Source: Gemmatimonadota bacterium | GTDB lineage: Bacteria > Gemmatimonadota > Gemmatimonadetes > Gemmatimonadales > GWC2-71-9 | Direction of reading: 5' to 3' | DNA length: 24,210 nt | Assembly (NCBI GenBank): GCA_003221005.1 | Contig: QHTZ01000060.1 | Coordinates: forward strand, 1-24,210 | Part shown: positions 1 to 7,835 of the stretch, piece after piece | Position numbering within the stretch: position 1 is the stretch's first letter | Layout: each line of letters begins with the position of its first letter | Translations under genes and position numbers: made by a program | The notes under the pieces: generated by a model | Told to the model about the DNA's origin: nothing | The model's input: the letters and a program-made list of their open reading frames with translations, nothing else | The model's database searches: none

Positions 1-478
1 CGAGCCACGCTCCCGCGACATCCGCGCTCGTGAGCGAGTCGGCGACGGAGCCCGACCCGGCGAGCAAGACGACGGGCCCGCTCACGTCCTGGGACGGAAA
101 GTGCGGCCCGACGTGCAGCACGCTCACGTCGTTGCCGGCTCTGAGGGCGACCGAGCCGTGCCCACTGCGAGACACCGTGAGGAAGGTCTCCGCCGTGTCG
201 AGCGCTTTTCGCACGATGGGATAACGCTGCAAGTAGGTCCCGCTGTCCCCGCCGGGACGCAGCCCGAAGCGCCGGAACTCAGCCGCGATCCAGCTCGCGG
301 CCTTCTCGAGCTCCGGGCTCGGCGTGCTGCGGCCGCGCATGGAGTCGTCGGCGAGGAGGCCGATGCGGCGTCGGATGTCGTCCGCCCGGAGCGAGCTGGC
401 GGCGCGCTCCACGGATGCGGGAGTCTGCGCGGTGAGAGCGCAGGGAAAGAACAGCCACAGCGCAGCGAAGCGCGACAT
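1..478 (-). CDS. M28-family (PA-domain) secreted aminopeptidase, 5' part; runs off the window's left edge
   Basis: Not in the ORF track because there is no stop in the window. Manual translation from ATG at 478: MSRFAALWLFFPCALTAQTPASVERAASSLRADDIRRRIGLLADDSMRGRSTPSPELEKAASWIAAEFRRFGLRPGGDSGTYLQRYPI... It has a signal peptide plus the 'LADD.MRGR.TPS....AA.WIA.EF...GL.P.GD.GTY.Q' N-terminus typical of M28 peptidases. Confidence 0.8.
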   Translation of the reverse strand, partial: MSRFAALWLFFPCALTAQTPASVERAASSLRADDIRRRIGLLADDSMRGRSTPSPELEKAASWIAAEFRRFGLRPGGDSGTYLQRYPIVRKALDTAETFLTVSRSGHGSVALRAGNDVSVLHVGPHFPSQDVSGPVVLLAGSGSVADSLTSADVAGAWL

Positions 479-509
479 CGGGCTCGGGGGAACGGGGACG
501 GAAACCTAA

Positions 510-543
510 CGCGCCCGGCTGTCAGTGACTACGGCCGGGCGCG
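510..543 (-). terminator. GC-rich hairpin, candidate terminator of the DUF4384 gene
   Basis: CGCGCCCGGCTGT-N8-ACGGCCGGGCGCG (13-bp arms, 1 mismatch) 30 nt past the 574 stop, followed on the minus strand by TTAGGTTT. Confidence 0.4.
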
Positions 544-573
544 GGAGGAGTCCAAGATCGGTGGTGACGCGCG

Positions 574-1779
574 TTACGATTTGCGCCGCCGCAGCTCGGG
601 ATCGCGCGACCTGGGGGACTCACGTGGAGCGTCGCGCCGTGGCGTGGCCTGGGGCGGCGCAGCGCGGTCTGGGCGCGGCGCATCGTTGCGCGGTGCTGCG
701 CGGCGCGGTTCCGGCGTCGCGGCGGACGCGGAGCCTCCGCGGCCGTACAGATGCTCGGCTCCGCTGGGGCGGCTTGGGTGGTCGGGGTGATCCGGGTGAT
801 CCGGGTGGTCGGGGTGGTCTGGATGGTCCCGGCGATCGGGTTGATCGCGCTGATCCCGCTGCCCCGGGTTACCGGGGTTATAGGGCCGGTCTGGCCGATC
901 GGGCCGATCCAATAGCCGCCTACCGACGTCCGGCTGTGGACGGACGAACGGACGCTGCTGAGGCGTGATGACCCTGGGAAGGTCCCGCTCCCGCACACCG
1001 ATCTCGCGGCGCCGGTCGGCGTTCACGGGACGCTTGCCCACGCGGGTGATGAAGGCCTCGCTGCCCGAGCGATCCTTGAAAATGAACCGGGGCTCCGGGC
1101 GATACGGCCGGGCGAACACCACGCGGGTGCCACCATAGTAACGGTATGGGTAATAGTAGGGGTCGTCATACACCACGATGCGGAAGCGGACGCAGGAGTA
1201 GGCGTACGGGTCCCAGTTACGGTAGCTCACGTAGCTGTGGCAGTCGTAGCACAGGAACCGTGGATACTGATAGTGCTGTTGCACGTAGTACGGCGCGATG
1301 TCGTAATCCCAGTCGCTGTAGTCAGGTGGCACAATCCGCTGCGCCAAATCGGTGAGCGCCACGTAGGGGTCGCCCCGGATCCGGCCGTCGTTTGCGATGG
1401 ACCGATAGTCCCAATGCTCCGCGCTCTCGATCGGGTCGTAGCTGAATGGGTCGGCCGCAGCGACGGCGAAGAGATAGCCTACGCCGGGGTAGTCGTCGAC
1501 GTCGAACGCTTCGCGCGAAGTGAGACTCGCCACCTCGTACACCCGCCCGCCATGCGCGAAGTTGTCTTCCCACGGCTGGCGCGGGAACAGCACCCGCACG
1601 CGACCGTCGGTATCGACGCGGAGCAGTGTGACGTAGGCGTCTTGATCAGTCTGGAAGTAGACCCGGACGGCCTGTCCGGACGTATAAGGATCGTCACGGC
1701 GATTGGTCCACACTTCGACCTTGGGGCGATCGACCGAGGCCGTGACTGCGAATCCCAGCAACGCGAGTTGTGCGAACAT
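574..1779 (-). CDS. Secreted DUF4384-domain protein with CxxCH motif, Tyr-rich segment and low-complexity C-terminal tail (401 aa)
   Basis: Start re-assigned to ATG 1779 (MFAQLALLGFAVTA, signal-peptide-like), preceded by AGGAGG (1789-1784). 'Y..GQAVRVYFQTDQDAYVTLLRVDTDGRVRVLFP' is the DUF4384 signature. CYDCH is at 1251-1237. Confidence 0.8.
   Translation of the reverse strand: MFAQLALLGFAVTASVDRPKVEVWTNRRDDPYTSGQAVRVYFQTDQDAYVTLLRVDTDGRVRVLFPRQPWEDNFAHGGRVYEVASLTSREAFDVDDYPGVGYLFAVAAADPFSYDPIESAEHWDYRSIANDGRIRGDPYVALTDLAQRIVPPDYSDWDYDIAPYYVQQHYQYPRFLCYDCHSYVSYRNWDPYAYSCVRFRIVVYDDPYYYPYRYYGGTRVVFARPYRPEPRFIFKDRSGSEAFITRVGKRPVNADRRREIGVRERDLPRVITPQQRPFVRPQPDVGRRLLDRPDRPDRPYNPGNPGQRDQRDQPDRRDHPDHPDHPDHPDHPDHPSRPSGAEHLYGRGGSASAATPEPRRAAPRNDAPRPDRAAPPQATPRRDAPRESPRSRDPELRRRKS
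775..828 (-). repeat. Six in-frame 9-bp tandem units encoding (Asp-His-Pro)6; looser tripeptide periodicity extends to about 910
   Basis: Units on + strand: tgggtggtc/ggggtgatc/cgggtgatc/cgggtggtc/ggggtggtc/tggatggtc. Upstream protein reads DRP-DRP-DRP-YNP-GNP-GQR-DQR-DQP-DRR. Confidence 0.9.
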
Positions 1780-1801
1780 GGGTCCTCCTGCGGCGCCAAG
1801 G

Positions 1802-1817
1802 AGCAGGTCGCGTGCCA
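1802..1817 (-). promoter_or_regulatory. Sigma-54 (-24/-12) promoter for the DUF4384 gene
   Basis: Minus strand TGGCACGCGACCTGCT is GG-N10-GC and close to the TGGCACG-N4-TTGC consensus. Implied TSS near 1791 lies just upstream of the SD (1789-1784) and ATG (1779). Confidence 0.65.
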
Positions 1818-1952
1818 TGTGGAGGCGGGCCGGGAAGTGCCGCCTAAGCATCCTTTGGACATGGCGTTAGACGCCTGGTGACGGGATACATCTGGGGCGT
1901 AATGTCCTCTACCGGGGACAAACCCGCGGCCATTAGGTTGTGGCCATCGGCA

Positions 1953-2834
1953 ATGGCCACCACCCGCCTCGATCTCCTGGATCCCGCTGAAGTCGCCCGG
2001 CTCGGGGGGATCGAGATCGTGGCGCAGGGTGTGGTGGAGGGTTTCCTCGCCGGCCTGCATCGCTCGCCGTTTCGCGGGTTTTCGGTCGAGTTCACCGAGC
2101 ACCGCGCTTACCAGCCTGGAGACGAGCCCCGGTACCTCGACTGGAAGATTCTGGCGCGATCCGATCGGCTGTTTGTCAAGCAATTCGAGGAAGAGACGAA
2201 CCTGCGCGCCATGATTCTCGTCGACTCGAGCCGCTCGATGGCATGGCGGGGCGCCGAGGATCGCCTGACGAAGCGCGCGTACGCCGATCGCCTGGCGGCA
2301 GCGTTGGCGCTGATCCTGCTGCGGCAGCGCGACGCGACCGGGCTCGTCACATTCGACGCGGCGGTGCGGCAGGTGGTCCCGGCCCGGGTGAAGGCCGGCC
2401 AGTGGACGCGGCTGGTACGCGGGCTCCTCGAAACGCCCGACGGCGGCGGCACGGCGGCGGAAGGCGCGCTACGCCACGTGACCTCGCTGCTCGCGCGCCG
2501 CGGGCTGGTGGTGCTGATCTCGGACCTGCTCTTCGACAGGGACCTGGCGCTGACGGCGCTGCGCTACCTGCGTCATCGGGGCCATCAGGTGATCGTGTTT
2601 CACGTCATGGACAGGGCGGAGATGGAGCTGACCGGACCGCCTGAGGTACGGTTCCGTGACCCTGAGTCGACAGCGAGCGTCGTGGTCCGCCCGCGGGAGT
2701 TGGCGCGCGCCTACGCGGTGACGGTGCAGCGGGAGATCGCCGCATGGCGGAGCGCCTGCCGGCGGCATGGCGTGATGTATCACCACGTGCAAACCGACAT
2801 GCCGTTCGGCCTGGCGTTGCGCTTGCTCGCGTGA
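1953..2834 (+). CDS. DUF58 vWA-like protein (MoxR-associated), 293 aa
   Basis: 'VEGFLAGLHRSPFRGFSVEFTEHRAYQPGD..RYLDWK..ARSDRLFVKQFEEETN', MIDAS-like DSSRSM, and 'LISDL'. ATG 1953 preferred over the ORF-track start at 1878. Confidence 0.92.
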   Translation: MATTRLDLLDPAEVARLGGIEIVAQGVVEGFLAGLHRSPFRGFSVEFTEHRAYQPGDEPRYLDWKILARSDRLFVKQFEEETNLRAMILVDSSRSMAWRGAEDRLTKRAYADRLAAALALILLRQRDATGLVTFDAAVRQVVPARVKAGQWTRLVRGLLETPDGGGTAAEGALRHVTSLLARRGLVVLISDLLFDRDLALTALRYLRHRGHQVIVFHVMDRAEMELTGPPEVRFRDPESTASVVVRPRELARAYAVTVQREIAAWRSACRRHGVMYHHVQTDMPFGLALRLLA

Positions 2835-4543
2835 TCTTCCTGCATCCGCTGGTGTTGCTCGGGCTCGCCGCCGCCGCGATCCCGGCGCTGTTGCATCTGT
2901 TCGAGCGGCGCCGGCCTCCCGAGGCGGAGTTCCCTCCCGTGCGTTACTTGAGCGAAGCGGAGCGCCAGAGCGCGCGCCGTCTGAAGCTCCGGCACCTTTT
3001 GCTGCTGCTGTTGCGGACCACGCTGATCGTCCTGGTCGTGCTCGCGGCGGCCCGGCCGCTCGTGCGCGCCCGCGCCAGGGGGGCGGGGGGGGCGCACGAG
3101 CCTACGGCGCTCGTGGTTATCCTCGACAACTCGCCGTCTGCGGGCGTGGTGGGGGACGGCCGGCCGGTGCTCGAGCGCCTGCGGGCTGCCGCGCGCGCCT
3201 CACTCGCGGGTGCACGACCGGAGGACCGCGTGTGGCTTCTGCTCGCGGATGGCGTGGTGCGACAGGGGACGGGTCCCGGGCTGGTCGCGGCTGTGGAGAG
3301 TGTCGCGGTGTCTTCCCGGCGGCTCGACCTCAGGGCGGCGGTCGAGCAGGCGGGACGCATCGTCGACGCGGAGCCGCTCCCCGCGCGGGAGGTCCATGTC
3401 CTGAGCGACCTCCAGCGGACGGCACTCGGCGAGGGCCGCGCGGGCGTCCCCCGCGGCGTGCGGGTGCTCGCACTCGCGCCCTTCGGTGCGCCACCGCCGA
3501 ACTGGGGAATCGGGGCGGCGCAGGTGGTGGGCGGCGCGGTCACGGTGAACGCCGTGGGTACGCCGGGCGCCGGGCCCCGGGCGGTCACGGTGCGGTTGCG
3601 CGGCCGTACGGTGGGACGCGCGCTGGCAGCGCCCGGGTCGGCGGTGTCCGTGACGCTGCCTGCCCTCGGCCAGGGGTGGTGGGTTGGTGACGCGGCCCTC
3701 GACCCCGACGAGCTGCGGGCCGACGACCACCGGCCGTTCGCTTGGCACATCGGTCCGCCGGCGCGAGTTCGCGCCGGGGCTGACGTCGGCCCGTTCGTGG
3801 CGGCGGCTTTGGCCGTCTTGCGAGAGGGCGCGCGCGTCGCGGAAGGGAGCGAGATCACTGTCGGCGGCCGACCAGGCGCCGGCTCGAGCGTGGTGTTCCC
3901 GCCTGCGGACCGGGCGCTCCTGGGCGAGGCAAACCGCGCGCTTGCGGCGCGGGGAGGGTCATGGCGATTCGGGGGACCGGGCACTCCCGGGACGATCTCC
4001 GCACCACGGCTCGGAGGGCTAAACGGGGTGGCGGTGATGCGACGCGAGCAAATCGAGCGTGTGAGCGGAGGCGGCGAACGCGGGGCGAGCGGGGACAGTG
4101 CGATCCTCGCGGCTGTGAACGGCGAACCCTGGCTGGTGCGGGACAGCAACCTGGTTCTGCTCGGCAGCCGCCTGGACACCGCTTGGACCGCGCTCCCCGC
4201 CACCACGGGGTTCGTGCCGTTCGTGGATGCCCTCGTGAACCGGCTCGCCCGGGGCGAGGGGGTGGTGAGCTCGGAAGAGGGTCCCGTGCACGTGGAGTTC
4301 CGCTCACGCGGCGCCGACACGGTTGAAGCCACGGTCTATGGGCCCGACCCGCGGGAGTCGGACCTCACGCCCGCTTCCCCTGATCTCGTGGAGCAGACGC
4401 TGGGGGCGCGCATGCTCGATGACACCCAGTTCGCTGCCGCCCGGTTCGCCGGTACGCGCCGCGCGGACGTGAGCGGGACGCTGCTGGTACTCGCGCTCCT
4501 CGTCGCGATCGCGGAGCTGGGCCTCGCGACCCTCGGCGACTAA
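2831..4543 (+). CDS. BatA-domain / vWA membrane protein (570 aa)
   Basis: GTG start overlaps the DUF58 stop (GTGA). N-terminus 'IFLHPLVLLGLAAAAIPALLHLF.RR....FP....L....LLLLLR....LAAARP' is the BatA double-TM motif, followed by MIDAS DNSPS and a C-terminal TM helix. Confidence 0.88.
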   Translation: MIFLHPLVLLGLAAAAIPALLHLFERRRPPEAEFPPVRYLSEAERQSARRLKLRHLLLLLLRTTLIVLVVLAAARPLVRARARGAGGAHEPTALVVILDNSPSAGVVGDGRPVLERLRAAARASLAGARPEDRVWLLLADGVVRQGTGPGLVAAVESVAVSSRRLDLRAAVEQAGRIVDAEPLPAREVHVLSDLQRTALGEGRAGVPRGVRVLALAPFGAPPPNWGIGAAQVVGGAVTVNAVGTPGAGPRAVTVRLRGRTVGRALAAPGSAVSVTLPALGQGWWVGDAALDPDELRADDHRPFAWHIGPPARVRAGADVGPFVAAALAVLREGARVAEGSEITVGGRPGAGSSVVFPPADRALLGEANRALAARGGSWRFGGPGTPGTISAPRLGGLNGVAVMRREQIERVSGGGERGASGDSAILAAVNGEPWLVRDSNLVLLGSRLDTAWTALPATTGFVPFVDALVNRLARGEGVVSSEEGPVHVEFRSRGADTVEATVYGPDPRESDLTPASPDLVEQTLGARMLDDTQFAAARFAGTRRADVSGTLLVLALLVAIAELGLATLGD

Positions 4544-7500
4544 TGGCGCTCGACTTCCTGCTCGATCGGATGGACGGTCTGCCTGCGACCGGCGCGCTGG
4601 TGGAGCAGCTCCCCGCGCCCGGCAGCCGGCTCCCGCTGGGCGGCCTTCCCGGATCGAGCGCGGCCGTGCTGGTGGCGGCGCTCGCGCGCCGCCTTCCGCA
4701 ACGCGTGTTCGTGGTCCTGACCCCCACGCCCGGCGACGCCGAGCGTTGGCTTGCCGACGCCCAGGCGCTCGTCGGCTCCGTGGTGGGCCTGTACCCGCAG
4801 CGTGAAGGGCTGGGGGCCGAGGAACCCCACTTCGAGATCGCGGGCGAACGGATCGAGAGCGTCGAGGCGCTGTTGCATGGTGCGGTGCGGGTGCTGGTGA
4901 CGACGGCGCGCGCCAGCGCGGAGCGAACGGGCGTGCCGGCCGCCCTCCACGCCATGCGACTGGTGCTCGAACCGGGACGGGGGACGGCAGAGCCGGAACG
5001 GGTGGGCCTCAGCGTGGCCGCCGAACGGCTGGCGGTGATGGGCTACGAGCGCGTGCCGACGGTGACCGACGTGGCGCAGTTCAGCGTGCGCGGCGGGATC
5101 ATCGACGTGTACGGCTTCGGGATGGCGGGCCCGGCGCGAATCGAGTGGTGGGGCGACGAGATCGTGTCCCTGCGCGGCTTCGACCTCGACACACAGCGCT
5201 CGGGCGACGCGATCGAGCGGATCACTGTCCTCCCCGTCAGGACGGAAGCGGCCGCGGCGGGCGCCCCGGCTGCGACCACACGCTCCTCGCTGCTCGAGCT
5301 GCTCCCCGCTGACGCCATCTTCGTGGTCGAGCAGGAATCGGCCGTGGAGCGCGAGGTCGTGCGCGCGTGGGAGGAGGCGGCGCACCACCTCGAGGTGGCG
5401 CGACGGCTGGGGGAGGAGCTGCCGGAGCGGGAGCAGTTGTGGCTCGAGCCCAGCGCATGGCGTGGCCGGCTGGCCGCGTTCGCGAGGGTGTCGCTCGGGG
5501 AGGTGGACGCGGCGGCGCGCTTTCCGATCATAGCGCCGGAATCGGTGGATCGCGATCTCAAGCGGCTCCGACAGGTGGTCGCGAGCGAGCCGCCCACAGT
5601 GATTCTGTGCGACAACGAGGGGCAGCTGGAGCGGCTCGAGGAGCTGCTCGATTCACCGCGCGCGCAGCTCGTGGTGGGCGCGCTCGAGGGCGGGTTCGTG
5701 CTTCCCTCACTGCGGGTCCTCACCGACCACGAGATCTTCCGGCGCGCGCGCCGCATCCGGCGCCCGCGACGCTACCGGGCCGCGGCGCTGAGCGCTGCTC
5801 GCCCGCTCGCGGTCGGCGACTACGTGGTGCACCTCGAGCACGGGATCGGGATCTACCAGGGGATGCAAACCATCCCGGTGGGGGAAGGGCGGTTGGAGGT
5901 GGCGGTGGTGGAGTACGAGGGCGGCGCCCGCCTCAACGTCCCGCTGTACCGCCTCGATCAGCTGGAGCCCTATCGTACGGCGGGGGACGGCGACGCCCCG
6001 CCTCCGCGGCTGCATCGCCTCGGGAGCACGACGTGGCAGCGCCAGCGCGACCGGGCCCGCGCGGCGATCCGCGAGATGGCATCGGAGCTGCTCGAGCTGT
6101 ACGCACAGCGCCAGCTGGCATCGGGCTTTGCGTTCCCGCCCGACACGCCCTGGCAGCGGGAGCTTGAGTCGGCGTTCCTCTACGAGGACACACCGGACCA
6201 GCGGCGCGCGACGGAGGAGGTGAAGCGCGACATGGAACGCCCGCGCCCCATGGAGCGGCTTCTGGTCGGGGACGTGGGCTACGGCAAGACGGAGGTCGCG
6301 GTGCGGGCGGCATTCAAGGCCGTGCAGGCTGGAAAGCAGGTCGCGCTGCTCGTGCCGACGACGATTCTCGCCGAGCAGCACGGCCGCACCTTTCGCGAAC
6401 GGCTCGCGGACTACCCGGTACGGATCGAGGTGCTGTCGCGCTTCCGCACGCCCGCCGAAACGCGCCGGTCCCTCGTCCAGCTCGCCCGCGGCGATTTGGA
6501 CATCGTGATCGGCACCCACCGGCTGCTATCCCGAGACCTAGGGTTCCATGATCTCGGCCTGTTGATCGTGGACGAAGAGCACCGCTTCGGCGTGCGGCAC
6601 AAGGAGCGGCTGAAGGCCTTGAAGCTGGCCGTGGACGTGCTCACGCTGACGGCCACGCCGATCCCCCGCACGCTTCACCTGTCGCTAGCCGGGCTGCGGG
6701 ACCTGACGCTGCTCGAGACTCCGCCGAAGGACCGGTCGCCGGTGCTCACTTTCATTGAGCCGTGGGATGATGCGCTGCTGGAGGAGGCATTGGCCCGCGA
6801 GTTGGACCGCGGCGGTCAGGTGTACTTCGTGCACAACCGTATCGAGACGATCGACACGATCGCCCAGCGCGTGCGCGCCCTCGCGCCGCAGCGCGCCCGC
6901 ACGGCGGTGGCCCACGGGCAGCAGCCGGAGCGAGACCTTGACGAGGTGATGGGGCGGTTCGTGCGTGCCGAGGTGGACATCCTGATCTCGACAATGATCG
7001 TGGAATCGGGGCTCGATGTGCCGAACGCGAATACCATGATCGTGGACCGGGCGGATTATCTCGGCCTGGCCCAGCTATACCAGCTGCGTGGCCGCGTGGG
7101 GCGGAGCCACCGGCGCGCGTACTGCTATCTCCTGGTGCCCGACCTCGTGGATGCGGATGCCGACGAACGGCTGCGCGTGCTGGAACATCATACCGACCTC
7201 GGCTCGGGGTATCGCATCGCGCTGCGCGACCTTGAGCTGCGGGGTGCGGGCAATCTGCTCGGTCGCGCGCAATCGGGTCACGCCCAAGCCGTCGGGTTCG
7301 ACACGTACCTGCGGTGGCTCGACGAGACGGTGCGCGCGCTCAAGGACCAGGGAGAGCGAGGCCCCGTGCCGAGTGAGCCGCCCGAGGTGATCCTCGACCA
7401 GCCGGCGCACCTTTCCGACGACTACATCGCCGACGACGCCGCCAAGCTCGATCTGTATCGGCGGCTGGCGCGCGCCGAGCAACCGTGCGAGATTCAGGCC

Positions 7501-7824
7501 GTGCGCGAGGAGTTGCGCGACCGCTTCGGGCCGCTGCCCGCCGAAGCCGAGCGACTGCTCCTCGTCTCCGAGCTCCGCGCGCTTGGCGCCCGGGCGGGAC
7601 TGGCGACGGTCCTGGTCAAGGGCGACGAGGCGCGGCTCACGTTTCGGGGGGCGGCGCAGCCGCGGCTGGCTGGTCTCACGGCCGCGCTGGACGCTGTGCA
7701 GTTCGAGGCGGAGGTGCGCCGCACCGTGCCGCTCTCGCTGCGACTCCGCCGCCTCGGCGGTGAGGCGGTGGGCCCCGGCTTGGTGCGGGCCCTGACCGCC
7801 GTTCAGCAGGATCATCCATCGTAA
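4543..7824 (+). CDS. mfd: Transcription-repair coupling factor Mfd
   Basis: UvrB-like 'FSVRGGIIDVY', CarD/RID 'GDYVVHLEHGIGIY', Walker A 'GDVGYGKTEVA', 'DEEHRFG', 'TATPIPRTL', 'QLRGRVGRS', TRG 'DLELRGAGNLLG', C-terminal TRCF domain. TAATG overlap with the upstream gene. Confidence 0.98.
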   Translation: MALDFLLDRMDGLPATGALVEQLPAPGSRLPLGGLPGSSAAVLVAALARRLPQRVFVVLTPTPGDAERWLADAQALVGSVVGLYPQREGLGAEEPHFEIAGERIESVEALLHGAVRVLVTTARASAERTGVPAALHAMRLVLEPGRGTAEPERVGLSVAAERLAVMGYERVPTVTDVAQFSVRGGIIDVYGFGMAGPARIEWWGDEIVSLRGFDLDTQRSGDAIERITVLPVRTEAAAAGAPAATTRSSLLELLPADAIFVVEQESAVEREVVRAWEEAAHHLEVARRLGEELPEREQLWLEPSAWRGRLAAFARVSLGEVDAAARFPIIAPESVDRDLKRLRQVVASEPPTVILCDNEGQLERLEELLDSPRAQLVVGALEGGFVLPSLRVLTDHEIFRRARRIRRPRRYRAAALSAARPLAVGDYVVHLEHGIGIYQGMQTIPVGEGRLEVAVVEYEGGARLNVPLYRLDQLEPYRTAGDGDAPPPRLHRLGSTTWQRQRDRARAAIREMASELLELYAQRQLASGFAFPPDTPWQRELESAFLYEDTPDQRRATEEVKRDMERPRPMERLLVGDVGYGKTEVAVRAAFKAVQAGKQVALLVPTTILAEQHGRTFRERLADYPVRIEVLSRFRTPAETRRSLVQLARGDLDIVIGTHRLLSRDLGFHDLGLLIVDEEHRFGVRHKERLKALKLAVDVLTLTATPIPRTLHLSLAGLRDLTLLETPPKDRSPVLTFIEPWDDALLEEALARELDRGGQVYFVHNRIETIDTIAQRVRALAPQRARTAVAHGQQPERDLDEVMGRFVRAEVDILISTMIVESGLDVPNANTMIVDRADYLGLAQLYQLRGRVGRSHRRAYCYLLVPDLVDADADERLRVLEHHTDLGSGYRIALRDLELRGAGNLLGRAQSGHAQAVGFDTYLRWLDETVRALKDQGERGPVPSEPPEVILDQPAHLSDDYIADDAAKLDLYRRLARAEQPCEIQAVREELRDRFGPLPAEAERLLLVSELRALGARAGLATVLVKGDEARLTFRGAAQPRLAGLTAALDAVQFEAEVRRTVPLSLRLRRLGGEAVGPGLVRALTAVQQDHPS

Positions 7825-7835
7825 CCGGGAGACGC

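Noticed and set aside
101-790. 229-aa + strand ORF and the other short + ORFs at the window start
   Set aside because: Antisense to the M28 peptidase and the DUF4384 tail, which carry the recognisable motifs.
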